From: Chrysomallon squamiferum
Taxonomy: Eukaryota > Animalia > Mollusca
Length of the DNA stretch: 64,000 nucleotides
Assembly (NCBI GenBank): GCA_012295275.1
Contig: CM022665.1
Location: 20,646,001 to 20,710,000 of the forward strand
Direction of reading: 5' to 3'
How positions within the stretch are numbered: position 1 is the stretch's first letter; every line of letters starts with the position of its first letter. The notes under the pieces were generated by a model. It made no database searches. It had not been told where the DNA came from and saw nothing but the letters and a program-made list of their open reading frames with translations. Positions 50,865 through 64,000 of this stretch are shown in pieces. The translations under genes and the position numbers were made by a program.

Positions 50865-51339
50865 GGGATTTGACTATTTTGCGTTCACAGGCCGCTGATA
50901 CTTCTACTATGTGAATATCTGGTGAAGTGTATCAACTTAACATAAAACTTTTTTTCTTTGATTTAGAGGTAGGACAAAAAAGAAAAACAATCCTTTTTGA
51001 TGCCCAAACTTTTTTCTAAAATAAATTTTAGTATCTAATATGAAAATTATTTTAACTGGGTTAAGAAAAAGAACACAGAGAAGAAAAAAGTTAAAAAATG
51101 TTTTGTTTAAAAAACTTTAAAAAGTAATGTTTGCAATATGAAACGTTTTGTCAAACACATAAATGGATGATGGATGAATTGAAATTGATTAAATATTAAT
51201 TTAGTTTAAAATATCATTCAAAAATGAGGAAACGCATTTTAAAACTTAACACAGGAGTTAAGGAACATATTCTGAACACAAGAAGAGAAAATATTCAGAG
51301 CATTTACACTCAGAAGTGAAAGAAAACATTTTAAAACTG

Positions 51340-51876
51340 TTTCTCAGAAATGAGGGAAAAGTTTTAAAACTGCTACTCAGAACTGAAGGTAAACATGTTG
51401 TTAAAATGTCACTAACAAATGAACACATTTTAAAACTCAGAAATGAACATGTTGTTAAAATGTTGCTAACAAATGAACACATTTTAAAACTACTACTCAG
51501 AAATGAACATGTTGTTAAAATGTTGCTAACAAATGAACACATTTTAAAACTGCTACTCAGAAATGAACATGTTGTTAAAATGTTGCTAACAAATGAACAC
51601 ATTTTAAAACTCAGAAATGAACATGTTGTTAAAATGTTGCTAACAAATGAACACATTTTAAAACTCAGAAATGAACATGTTGTTAAAATGTTGCTAACAA
51701 ATGAACACATTTTAAAACTACTACTCAGAAATGAACATGTTGTTAAAATGTTGCTAACAAATGAACACATTTTAAAACTGCTACTCAGAAATGAACATGT
51801 TGTTAAAATGTTACTAACAAATGAACACATTTTAAAACTGCTACTCAGAAATGAACATGTTGTTAAAATGTTACCA
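51340..51876. repeat. 54/60-bp minisatellite, ~9 copies
   Basis: Unit CTCAGAAATGAACATGTTGTTAAAATGTTGCTAACAAATGAACACATTTTAAAA, with or without CTRCTA. Confidence 0.95.
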
Positions 51877-52370
51877 AACATTTTTTAAATGTTTTAATCA
51901 AAGAGAGTCATCTTTAAAGCTCTTATTTAAAAATTATGAAACATATTTCTAAACTGATACTTCTATTACAACGTAAAATGATCAACAACCCTGAGTTGGC
52001 CCAAACAAAACACAGCACTTAACATATACGTCACTGAAATGTAATACAGATGATATTTAAACTTGTTACATATAAATAATAATGCACAGCTAATTAATTT
52101 TAAATACATAATGTTGTAACTAAGTTGTTGGTATTTTAAAGCACAAAACACCAACAACAATGACACAGGCACCTGAAGAATAATATGTAAGTGATACTTG
52201 ATAGATATAAGTAACAGCATAGGTGACATAATGTGTGTAAAATTGTAATTCTGTCACTAACCAATAAAACAAAATACTATTTTTATTAATGTTTTTTTTA
52301 TTAATTAATTTTATATTTTTATTTATTTATTTATTTATTTATTTGTTTGTTTATTTGTTTGTTTATTTGT

Positions 52371-52401
<31 letters not shown>

Positions 52402-52950
52402 TTTGTTTGTTTATTTGTTTATTTACATACTTATTTACTATATATTACTGTTTATTTTGAATGTAAATAATTCATCAGATATTATTATTATTTCTTTTTA
52501 AATATCCGTTGTTTTCCTCAAGAAAGTAAATAAACAAACAATTTAATTAATTCAGAAAAATTTGTAAAATATTTCTTCTTCTTCTTCTTTTTTTTTTTTA
52601 TGGAGAGATTTTTATTTATTTATTTATTTATTTTAATTATTGTTTAAAATGTATTTATTTATATTTTTTGTTTGTTTCTTTTTTTTATTTTATCTTGTTA
52701 GTATTTTATAGAATAATAAATAAATAAAAAATAAACAATGAAACAAATAAGGTACAAAGTAACAACTCTTCACAATGTAATACAACTTCAAAGTGACCAA
52801 TAAAAAACATTTGTTAAGGACTGAATACCGTAAACATTTTAATTTTTAAATAGAAAATAAACTAAAACTAATTATATGTGCGAGAAAATACCTTTGTACA
52901 TGAGAAAGTTACACACATGAAAAAAAAAAAAAAAAAAATAATAATAATAA

Positions 52951-52981
<31 letters not shown>

Positions 52982-53786
52982 AAGAAGGAAGAATGCGAAG
53001 TAGAATAAATAAATAAATAAATAACGTCCAACCTAGATGGTGTTCATTTATTTATTTACTTAGTTACTTAATTATTTACTTAGTTATTTGCTTACTTTCT
53101 TTTTTTTCCTTTTTTGTTCCTTTTTTTTTTTTTTTTTGTAAACTTCTTTTTAAAAGCATTTCTGTTAATAATTATTTATTTATTAACCTATTCATTTTTG
53201 ATATATAATTATTGTAAAGCATTTAAAAGTATTATTATTGGTATTATTATTATATAAGTTAAGTTTTAATTTTAGAACAGAGAAAATGCTAAATAAAAAA
53301 GAAGGAAAGAAAGAAAGATGGAAAGAATGAAGTATAAAGAGAAGTAAATTGAAATAAGAAACAAAGAGAAGACACAGAAAAGAAAGACAGAAGGAAGTAA
53401 AACGAATGAGATGAAAAAAGAGAAAAAAGAAATTGAAAATAACAGAGAAAAATAAGAATGAAGAAAGTAAGAAAGAAACAAGTAAATAAAAAGATAGAAA
53501 TAAAGTACGACTTTTTAAAGCAATAATTAAAATAATTAAAATATCTTTGCATAATCTACAGAACAAAACTAGAGATATGATATCAGTAATTCTTCAAGAC
53601 TCGATTATTTTTGTTTCATCTCTAATTAGACTTTGTCAGTTAGAATTAAAAAAAAAAAAAAAAAAAAAAAAATATATTTAATTAACAAAATAAATTACTT
53701 AAGAGAATATCAAAAACGGCAAAAATACCTGCCATCCAGTTTGACGCTGCATCTCTCACGCCAAACATTTTAAATTAATATTTTAC

Positions 53787-53817
<31 letters not shown>

Positions 53818-54464
53818 TTATAATAATAGTAATAATAATAATAATAATTATATTATTCTTACTGCGAGTAGATGTGACTGCAAGCGTGTCTTCGCTTCAA
53901 ATGACAATTATTTCCGTTTGCACATTTGCCTGTTTCTCAAAATGTTGTAAAGACTAAATCAATGTATCAATGTGGGTATCATTTTTGGTAATAAAAGCGT
54001 TTCTCGGCTCTATGCTACGTTCGTAAATGTCAGTGTATCATGTGGCCGCTGCCTCATGACGAAACACGTCACGATTGATACTTTATCAGTCGCTAATTAA
54101 GTTCGCCTTTTTCTACGTAAATGTTCCGCTCTCATTGAGTTTCGCGACTGTGCCCTAGACAAATAATACTTTGTAGGGGACCTTCGCTTAGATTCAGCCC
54201 ATTAAGAAGACAAACACTTCATAACGGATTTCTTCTTCATTTCACAGTTTAGCGATGACCAATCAATGAGCTCGTGGCTCCGCCTACTTCAATGGTAGGC
54301 GGAGACGAGTTGTCACAAAGTGGGAGTGTTCTTTCAAGCGTGACAATAGAGTTTTCGTTTACGCTGACTATTCATGTGTTAGTCTTCAGTTCATCTATAC
54401 TCAAGTTCAGTCTTGACTTAAAAAAAAAAATTATGACTTTGGTGATGGTGCTGATGATGATGAA

Positions 54465-54497
<33 letters not shown>

Positions 54498-55195
54498 TTC
54501 AGTTAATTTGAGATATAATAATAATAATAATAATAATAACAACAACAACAACAATAACAAGTTTATTACCATGGAAAGTAACATTAATACACAGTGTAAC
54601 ATTAATTTAGTATATTACGTAATATTAGTCTATGGCGTAATATCGTTTTGAATTAGTAACAACTACTATTACGTTTTCTCGAAATATTTACATTATCTAA
54701 TAAATCAGAAAAAAAAAAAAAAAAAAAAAAAATTAAATTAAATTAAATTAATAATTAAATAAATAAATAAATAAATAAATAAAATTAAAATAATAACAAA
54801 AATTAACGTTTTTCAAATGAAACTATAGAGATTTATATACAACTGATTTAAATTACAAATAAAATAGGGCCTACAAATAAATTAACAACAACAAAACAAC
54901 AAATATAATAAAACTGAAAAGAAAAAACAGACAGAAACTAAAGTAAATTTATAATATTAATTTTATTTGTGAATAATTATACTTATTTTCTGCAGAAATT
55001 ATTATAACAAAGATTTGTTTTAAAACAATATTATGTAAAAATGATCGATACATTAAAGTTAACAGCTAAAATGTATTGTGTAATTTAGCATGTGTCTGTA
55101 CTTACATATGTACTTATTATTTATGAAGTCTTTGTAAACTGAATAAGTTATATTTATTTTAATCAGTTAGTTAATTAATTAAGATTTGAATTATT

Positions 55196-55226
<31 letters not shown>

Positions 55227-55535
55227 TTTTATTTTATTTTATTTTATTTTGAAAATTACAACAGTTGTTAAAACAAACGGAATTTCTATTTAGGTTATTT
55301 GTTAAACAACGAAAATTAATGAATAAAGTTTTATAAATCGTTTTCTTTCGATATGTACAAAGTGTTTATATTTACAAAATAAAACTACAATATAAATAAA
55401 CAAATAAATTATTTTCAAAATGTTTACATAAGCAAACAAATAGAATATAATAAACTAATTAATGAATAAAAGAAAAATTACCTGCATAAATACTAAATTT
55501 CTATCTGACATTTAATATAAACAATGTTTTTTTAA

Positions 55536-55566
<31 letters not shown>

Positions 55567-55781
55567 TAATTATTATTAGCGTTTTAATACATAAAATAAA
55601 TAAATAAATAAATAAAAGAAGAAATTAGAACATCATATTACGGTTAAGCGTGTTGAATGTCGCAGAGAGATTGTAAAACTTGTCATGGTTCACCGAATCT
55701 CGCGGACGAGCAGTTGTACACGGAAAACTCGGGATTATACGATATCATAGCAGTAGTGACGTAGGTGTCTTGTTCTTTCTT

Positions 55782-55817
<36 letters not shown>

Positions 55818-56663
55818 CTAAAGAAAAAAAATTACTAGAAGATGTTTAAAGGCACATTTAAATCAAGTATTTTAAAACATACGGTATAAAATACATTAAA
55901 TAATAATGTGTAAAATTTAACTGAATTTAAAAATTGTCTTCGTTTTAAATGTGCAATGGGAGGATAATGTTTTAAAATAAGTTTAACATAATCTAAAAAG
56001 TATGAAAAAAAAATTAAACACAATTTTAAAAAATATTTATATTCTTAATTGTTTTAAATATATAAGCTGTCTTTAAAAAACTTTAAGGTCATCTAATTAA
56101 AAATTAATAATAACTATGAAAAGAATAAAACATAATAAAACATAATACTACTAATAATAATAATAATAATAATACTATTATTATTATTATTATTATTAGT
56201 AGTAGTAGTAGTAGTAGTATTTATTTATTTATTTATAAATAAGTAAATAAATAAATAAAAAGAAGAAATAATATATATATATATACACACACACACACAT
56301 ATATATATATTTAGTAGGAAAATATTAATTGCCAAGTTTTCAAATACCATGTTAAAAATATAAGAGGTTAACAAAGAAAGATTTATTTCAATATTTCCTA
56401 GACAAAATACGGATTCAGTAGAATTTAAATAAATAACAAGCATAAAAAGAAAATATCCAAAAGAAAACTTTGACTAAAAACAAAAACTAAAACTAAATCA
56501 AAAACAGAAGAAAAAAAACCTGTAACAGTAATAAAATTGTATTAATTGTATTCATTATTTATTTATTTGTTTGTTTGTTTGTTTGTTTGTTTGTTTGTTT
56601 GTTTGTTTGTTTTATTCTTTTATTTTATTTATACATTTTTTTTTGTTGTTGTTGTTGTTGTTA

Positions 56664-56723
<60 letters not shown>

Positions 56724-57638
56724 CTGTTGGTGTTGTTGTTGTTTCTGACCAAAAACAAAGACCTAAACTTTATTTTGAATACATGTATATTTTCTTCAGT
56801 TTAATCTTAATGTTCTGCATAAAAATAATTTCCAGGAAAAACTTCTAATTAATTTATACTCATTTTTGAGAAAGTTTGTGATATAAATAAATCAGCTGTG
56901 ACCAGACGCATCTGTCCCGGTACATGTGTATTGAGTCGCTGCAGTCAGTGATAATATTAACACAACTCTTAAATGAAAATCTACCCCTTTATAATAACAC
57001 TCCCCCTCTCGACGTTCAACTCTGACCCTTTTTTCACGAAACTGTTATCATATGTCGTTCGGTATATCTTTATTTAGCTAAGGGTAAATGTAATTTTTAT
57101 ACAGGATGTTGTTGAATATTCGTTTACTCGTTACTTCTTGCATTCTTTCATTCGTTTTCAGGTACTCAGTCGTTCGTTCAATCTTTCATTTGTACATTTA
57201 TATGTTTTTTCGTTCGTTTGTATGCAATAAATACAGTTTGTAAGATTGTAATTTTTATACAGTCAAAGAATTAACATGAATTGTAAGTATATTTACATTT
57301 CTTTTTTTTTTTTTTTTTTCGGAAAATAAATATATTTATTTTACCATCTGTGCACTGTGGATACGATTTAAAAAATTTAAGTCCAAAAAGCAATTAAAAA
57401 AGAGAATATTTTAATCAAACATTTATAGGTTAATGTCACATAACGTTAATTATATTTATTATTACTTACAGATATAAATAAATACACGTGAAATGATTTT
57501 AAAAATACAACAGAAATAAACAACAAAGTAGCTATAGATACAGTTGTATTATTTCGTACAACAAAAACGTGTCGACAGACAAAACGAACAAGAGAAAAAC
57601 TAGGACAATACTGTGAATGAATGTTTAACACAAATGTA

Positions 57639-57672
<34 letters not shown>

Positions 57673-57723
57673 ACGTTTACTTTAACAGTAGGTGTCACTA
57701 TACTAGTTTACATTACAGAAATA

Positions 57724-57850
57724 TACCACACAGATATTACACACTTACTATGTAATATCACTAAATACAACACACGTTACCACACAGATATTACACACTT
57801 ACTATGAAATATCACTAAGTACAACACACGTTACCACACAGATTTTACAT
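57724..57850. repeat. 54-bp tandem repeat, ~2.3 copies
   Basis: TACCACACAGAT starts at 57724, 57778 and 57832. Confidence 0.85.
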
Positions 57851-58511
57851 GCTGGCTGTGTGATATCGCTGACACACTTTACTAACACAAAACAGTATAC
57901 AGAGAGATACAAAGTAAATGATATCACTTCATAATAATTAAAATGCAAAATACAATATTTCTATTAGTATATATAACTTTTATTTTTTATACCAAGAGAA
58001 ATACATTGCTAGGTAAATAATATCATACATGTTATACGACAAGATGCAAAATCGAGTATTTGCAATAGTTTATATAACTTTTAAATGATACCCAGTAAGT
58101 CACTGGACAACAGATATATAAAATACATCTTGTATTTGATATTTATAGGCAGAATCTCTCTGATCTTTTTATTAAAATTTCTCCAGTTTTACGTATTAAT
58201 ATATATTATTAACTTCAAAATGAGGATCAGTTAAGCTCTACCCTCTCTGGTCACCTCTCTAAATGTACTCGTCATCTCATTCTGTCGGACATGTCACTTT
58301 CACTCTCCTAATCTCAACTGTCAACAGTTCCCAAACGTTAACGTTGTAAAGCTTACAATCTAAATAAAACGACATTTGCGTAATATGGTAAGAGTCAAAC
58401 GTAAGTGTTGTATTAGCTTCCCACTTACAACGTTTTATAAAACTGAGGTAAAATGAGTCTAACAGAGACACTCCACTTATAACGAAATTTTACTCTTACA
58501 TATATTTTCTA

Positions 58512-58535
58512 AGATATATATCTATATCAACTTTT

Positions 58536-58569
<34 letters not shown>

Positions 58570-58593
58570 AAAAGTTGATATAGATATATATCT
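58512..58593. repeat. 82-bp perfect palindrome centred on (TA)13
   Basis: AGATATATATCTATATCAACTTTTGTGA-(TA)n-TCACAAAAGTTGATATAGATATATATCT. Confidence 0.92.
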
Positions 58594-58780
58594 ATAAAAT
58601 CAAATAATATTTAAAATACAAAGAGGACCTATTTATAATTAATTTTACTTTCACTGTTAAAAACAAGATCTAGTATTAATTAAATACAAAGAGAACGTAT
58701 TTATAATTTTACGCTCACTGTTAAATACAAGATCTACTAAACTGTTAAAATTCAAAGAGAAGAAAGTATTGGACGCTTAC

Positions 58781-58829
58781 CTTCATTATCAAAAGTGACG
58801 TCACTCGATTGTCGGTTGATATCCAACAT
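58781..58829 (-). CDS. PRDM1: Candidate distal alternative first coding exon of Blimp-1 (MLDINRQSSDVTFDNE + G), giving a 935-aa isoform
   Basis: ATG at 58829 preceded by in-frame TAG (58844-58842). 49 nt to a strong donor AAG|GTAAGC (GT 58780-58779). Phase 1 joins exon 2 as G+AC = Asp, then MMEEGWD. Lies in a GC-richer island. Confidence 0.6.
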
Positions 58830-59660
58830 GACGAAAAGTTTCTATTTAACGAAGTTCAGAGTAAACACACTGAACAGATCATTGAGTCGTCATTCTGGAC
58901 TCTCTCTCACTAACAACTCGTTTTAAAGTGTCCTGTGTAAAGATGGCGTGAGAGAGAAACACGAAACAAGTGTCAGTGACACTTGTCACCACACAGACAA
59001 CGTGTTACAGTATCTGCCTAGTTGTGACTACACACTGTGTGACAGATCACTAGCAGAACTAAGTGTGACTGGTCACTACTAGAAGTTTGTGATCACTACT
59101 AGATGTGACTGGTCACTACTAAATCACTACTAGAAGTCAGTGGTCACTACTAGACGTGGCTGACACAACTGGATGTAAACGGCACGACTGGTGTGTACTA
59201 CAGACACGACGTCACCTGTCATACCCCTGTGACAACAGCTCCCACCAATTACATCGACGTCCTACCTGTCATTCGTCCATCACCCACCGCAACCCTACCC
59301 ACTACACTCGATTCACTTCTCTTTCACTATCCCCCCTCCACCCGCCTCCTGTCCTAACAATGAGACTGAAAGAGAAAGTTAATCGGGCGGAACGGTGTTT
59401 AAAGAAAAATAAACGACTGATGTCACTCGATAGTCCAGCCCTGTCCGAGATGAATCACTTTATGTCTTCTGCCGGTAACCCAGTAAGAAATTTCTCAATA
59501 TACTTTATGAATGCGCTGGTGAAACGAGTCTCAGATTTCAACCCTTAAAGCCGAGAATTTAAAGGAAGTAAAAGCATTTTCCAGCCCATATCAATTGCTT
59601 TTTCTCATTTACAAAACAAAACTCAACCTTCTAGACATAAATTATCCGCCGCCATTGTAA
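58830..59660 (-). promoter_or_regulatory. Putative distal Blimp-1 promoter and 5'UTR
   Basis: GC-richer island upstream of the distal exon. Inr-like TTCAGTCTC (59370-59362), TTTAAA ~31 nt upstream (59398-59403), GC boxes (GGGCGG 59385-59390, CCCGCC 59341-59346). Confidence 0.45.
59030..59165. repeat. Short degenerate repeat (GTGACTGGTCACTACTAGA)
   Basis: TCACTACTA recurs 5 times. Confidence 0.75.
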
Positions 59661-60586
59661 ACAGGGGTAAACAAAGATTTACAAAAAGATTCTCAGCGGT
59701 TTGAAAAATGAAAGTCGTAAAAAAAGAAGCCAATAAAAAACAATGCATAGAGATAATAGAAAATAAAACTGTAAATGAAAACTGTGAAAGAGAAGTAAAA
59801 TATCTTTCACCACAGTCCTAAAGTAATTTTTTTTTTTTTTTTTTTTTTTTTTTTGAAGTAGACGACACATGACGTGAGATGAAAATTACTCCACTTGTTA
59901 AATAAATTTGATATCATCTTGTTTCTTTAAAAAAAAAAAAAAAAAAAAAATAAAAAGTCGTATCATGGCTTGGTATAACAGCTCATTCTCTTACACTTCC
60001 AACCTTACTGTATTTCCCGTTCAAGGTGAATTCATTCATTTTGTGTGATATCCCAGTCCGAGTGATGAAATATTTCACTGAAATTTTCTATCTGACATCA
60101 GCTATTGTATTATTTATCATTTGACTTATTTTAAACTAGTACTAGAACATGAACATTAGAGTAGAAACCCACTGTTTATTAAACATATCAGTTAAAGGTT
60201 AAAGATTTGTTTCTGTCACTGCTTTTTTTGTTCATATATGTGTGTTTGTGTGTGCGTGTGTGTATGTATGTATGTATGTATGTATGTATGTATGTATAAG
60301 TATGTATATTAAGTAAGCAGTACTGAAGTTTCAAACATCGAACACTGGTTGGAACTGGCTATTAAGTCAACGATTCCAACAAGGTAGGCTGATCCATTAC
60401 CTCAATACAGCAAAGTCTAAACACAAATGAAATACATATTTAAATAGTTAATAAAATTTTGCAAAAAACTTTTTTCTTGTCGTCATTGTTGTCGTGTTCT
60501 TACAGTTTTTATTATTTTATTGAAATCATTATTGTGGTTACTGTTGTTGTTTTAATATTTACTTATTCGTTTATTATTATTATTAT

Positions 60587-60679
<93 letters not shown>

Positions 60680-60745
60680 CAGTATCATTACTTTTATTAT
60701 TATTATCATCATGATCATCATTACTATTATTACTACTACTACTAC

Positions 60746-60785
<40 letters not shown>

Positions 60786-62006
60786 GTTGTTATTATTAAT
60801 GTATCCATATAACAAAAGGTTGTAGCAAAATCACAAACAAATCTACAGCCAATTCTTTATCAAATATTCATCATTTAATCTAATGAAAAATCACCGAGAT
60901 ATGGAGAATTACTGAGAACTTTAGAAAAGCTAATCTGCAGCCCAACTTTGATGTGACATGTTGACAGTCAAGTCTGGAGAGAGTGTTTCACCCAGCCAAG
61001 AGGTATTGTCCGAAGTTAAATACGTGATAATATCTACCAGTGAATGGTTAAACCATGGATTTACCAACCTTCATCACAGAGAAATAAAATATAATAACAA
61101 ATTTCCTATGATTGTCACGTCCAGAGACAGGTAGATTCCTATCACTCAGATGACATATCTTTTTCACCTTGGGGTGGTTCTTTTTTTTGTTCGGGCCGAC
61201 CCATCATGACATACACGGTTAACCCGTAATGTGATGGGTCTTTCATTCCCGTCCAGGTCCCGGCAAACACACGAAGCGTTCTGTACATTAACTTGGCTAA
61301 AGACCAGAACCAAGGAAAAGAATAAAAAAAAAAAAATTTCTTCTTCGTTTCAGTGTTGTTAATCCATCTTTTTACAACTGAGTACAAATAGTGGAATATT
61401 TTGTTTATCAACAACGCAGCTGGGTGTTCGCTGTGGCGTTTGTTACACATCACACACGTAGAATTACTAGTTGAGTTACACACACGGTTTTTTTTTTTCT
61501 TTTCTTTTTCTTCTTCTTCTTTTTGTCACAATAACAAGACTACTCTTACGTTTCAATAAATACTTTTATTTGATAGTTCGTTTCGCGAATTTTATTTATT
61601 TCATTTGAATCTCATCCGTATATATAAAAATTGTCTGTAAAATCTTACAAATCGGCAAAGCTGAGATTTTCATGAACATGAATCAGTGAGACAAAAAGAA
61701 CGAAGGATGGAATGAAATAAATAATATTGTCTTTGTATTAATGGATATTAAGTATTAAATACGTTTCATAACTGTTTTTGTTACTGATATTGTTAATATT
61801 GTAAACTACTGTTGTTGGTATTGTTGTTGTTGTTGTCATTATTATGACTATTATTATTATTAATTGTAGTTGTAGGAGTTGGCTTATATTTTTATTATTT
61901 TTGCATATTTTGTTAATATTATTAATTATTATTATTTGTATTGTTGTTGTATTATTATCATTATATTTATTTTTATTTTGTAATAATGAAGTATTAATAT
62001 AAAATG

Positions 62007-62039
<33 letters not shown>

Positions 62040-62725
62040 TAAGCAAAAATAACAACAACAATAACTATTACAATAATAATAAAATATTATTTGATATATA
62101 GCTTAACATCCGTTATCATACATAATTTTTAAAAATTTCTATAAATACTTGTTGACATATTCAAAGCATTTATTACCCCTGAAAAAATTTTTTTTTTTTT
62201 TTTTTTAAAAAGAACAAAAAGAGCAGAAGAAAAGTGGTTTCTGTTACAACACTCAATACGCGATCATAAAATTTGAAAAATGATAAAAAGGAGAAATTCT
62301 TTTTTCCTTTCAAAGCAGTGAAATAGAAACTGGAGAATAAAACGAATACTGTACTTTTATTAAAGAGGTATAAAAACATCGGGACTGCTGGAGGTAAATT
62401 ATATCGTGCGAACGCGAAACGAACGACGATACAGGAAAAGAATCTCTTGTCATATGAAAGTAGATAACTTCAGAGCCCCTAGTATCGTTCGCTTTACGGA
62501 GATCTACGACATTAAAAACTTTTCAAATATCGCTTTACGCGCCAGACAGGCGAGGTAAAGAAACGGATTGTGTTTCGTTTAAGCGATGCGACGCGAAAGT
62601 CCACGAAATATTTCTCTGTACAAAGCAATGACAGTTTTCCTGTAATCAAATATGCGACAGGTATATATTTATCTAATTAGTTTTATACTGAAATGTGTGT
62701 GTATGTGTGTGATTGTGTCTGTGTT

Positions 62726-62782
<57 letters not shown>

Positions 62783-62924
62783 ACACACACACACACACAC
62801 AGAGATAGTAATAATGTTCAGGTAAGTAAAGTTTGTAAATCCTATTCAGAACTGCAGAATTCTTTTGTTAGCATTTTTAATAAATTTGATAAATAAATGG
62901 TAGATATTATCAGATGCATTTTGT

Positions 62925-63630
62925 AGGTGAGTTGTATAATTATGATCTCAGGTATAAAGGTGACAACGACAATGAGTTTATTCTCATAAACTGTAAACTG
63001 TTAGTTCTAAATGAACACAGATAAAAGTGAGTTGTTGTTTTTTTGGTGATTTCGGGTATAAGTGAGTTTTATATAATTATAAGTAAAAATACACGTGGGT
63101 TTTTATATAATTACAGGTACAAGTGTAGGTGAGTTTTATATAATCACGTTAAAATATAGGTGAATTTTACATAACTGCAGGTAAAGGTATAGGTGAGTTT
63201 TATATGACCACATGTTAAATTATAGATGAGATTTATATAACTGCAGGTAAAAGTATAGGTGAATTTTATATAATTACAGGTAAAAATACAGGTAAATTTT
63301 ATATAATTACAGGTAAAATACAACTACATTTTATATAATCACAGTTAAAGATACAGACAGGTTTTGAATAATGACATGTAAAACTGTAGGTGAGATTTGT
63401 ATAATTAAAGGTGAAAGTGAAGGTGAGTTTTACATGATTACAGGTAAAAATACAAGTAATTTGTATATGATTACAGGTAAAGATACAGGGTGAGTTTTAT
63501 ATAATTACAGGTATAAGTGTAGGTTAGTTTTAAATAACTACAGGTTAAAGTATAAGTGAGTTATACTAAGTCCTAGGTAAATTCTAGATAGTTACAGATA
63601 TATTCATGAAGGTATTTAATTATAGGTAAG
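62925..63630. repeat. Diverged ~33-bp satellite (ATAATTACAGGTAAAAATAYAGGTGAGTTTTAT), ~20 copies
   Basis: 33-bp period, e.g. units at 63238, 63271 and 63304. Confidence 0.88.
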
Positions 63631-64000
63631 ATAGATTTGCTGAATTATTTAATTTTCTTCTTGAAAAAACTTGCTTAAACCCTGAATAATTTAAGTTTAC
63701 TGAATAAGGATGTTTGAACGCAAAATAATAATAGAGTATTGATTCAATTAAAACAAAACGTAGACACACATAAATGAAATTGAAATAATAAAATACTAGT
63801 CGTAAAGCAACAGAAAATTAATTAAAATCTTAAAATATAATAGTAATAAAGCAACGAAAAGAAATTTAAAATCAACTTGATAATAATCCATTTGTATATA
63901 CTGAACTGGGATCGTACATGGATATTAAAAGAGTAGTACCATTTGAAAATAATTAAATCTAAAACAATATTAAAATTATTAAACGTAGAAAAGTCATTTT

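Noticed and set aside
59156-59548. 130-aa plus-strand ORF near the distal promoter (and the 113-aa ORF at 61142-61483)
   Set aside because: Non-ATG starts, no recognisable homology; expected by chance in GC-richer islands.

Overview
AT-rich, microsatellite-dense animal genomic DNA, probably from an invertebrate (lophotrochozoan/mollusc-like; this is inference). The window is dominated by one minus-strand gene, a Blimp-1/PRDM1 orthologue (PR/SET domain, Pro/Ser-rich middle, five C-terminal zinc fingers). I reconstructed six shared coding exons with GT-AG boundaries and consistent phases: 33274-33108, 25766-25647, 23380-23128, 21103-19669, 19236-18677, 18305-18082. Two candidate alternative first coding exons both splice in frame (phase 1) to exon 2: a proximal one ending at 37195 and a distal one at 58829-58781 (MLDINRQSSDVTFDNE), which the ORF track misses. 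Each has the same Inr-like 9-mer upstream and AGTGAAAGT Blimp-1/IRF-type sites just inside the following intron, suggesting a dual-promoter, autoregulated locus. Also seen: a six-copy 16-aa repeat in the protein, a ~3.35 kb putative 3'UTR with Pumilio elements and miRNA seed matches, an Otx-type site cluster, a candidate recursive splice site, long palindromes and several minisatellites. Nearly all other listed ORFs are microsatellite artefacts. All analysis was by eye; I found no prokaryote-type system or intact transposon.
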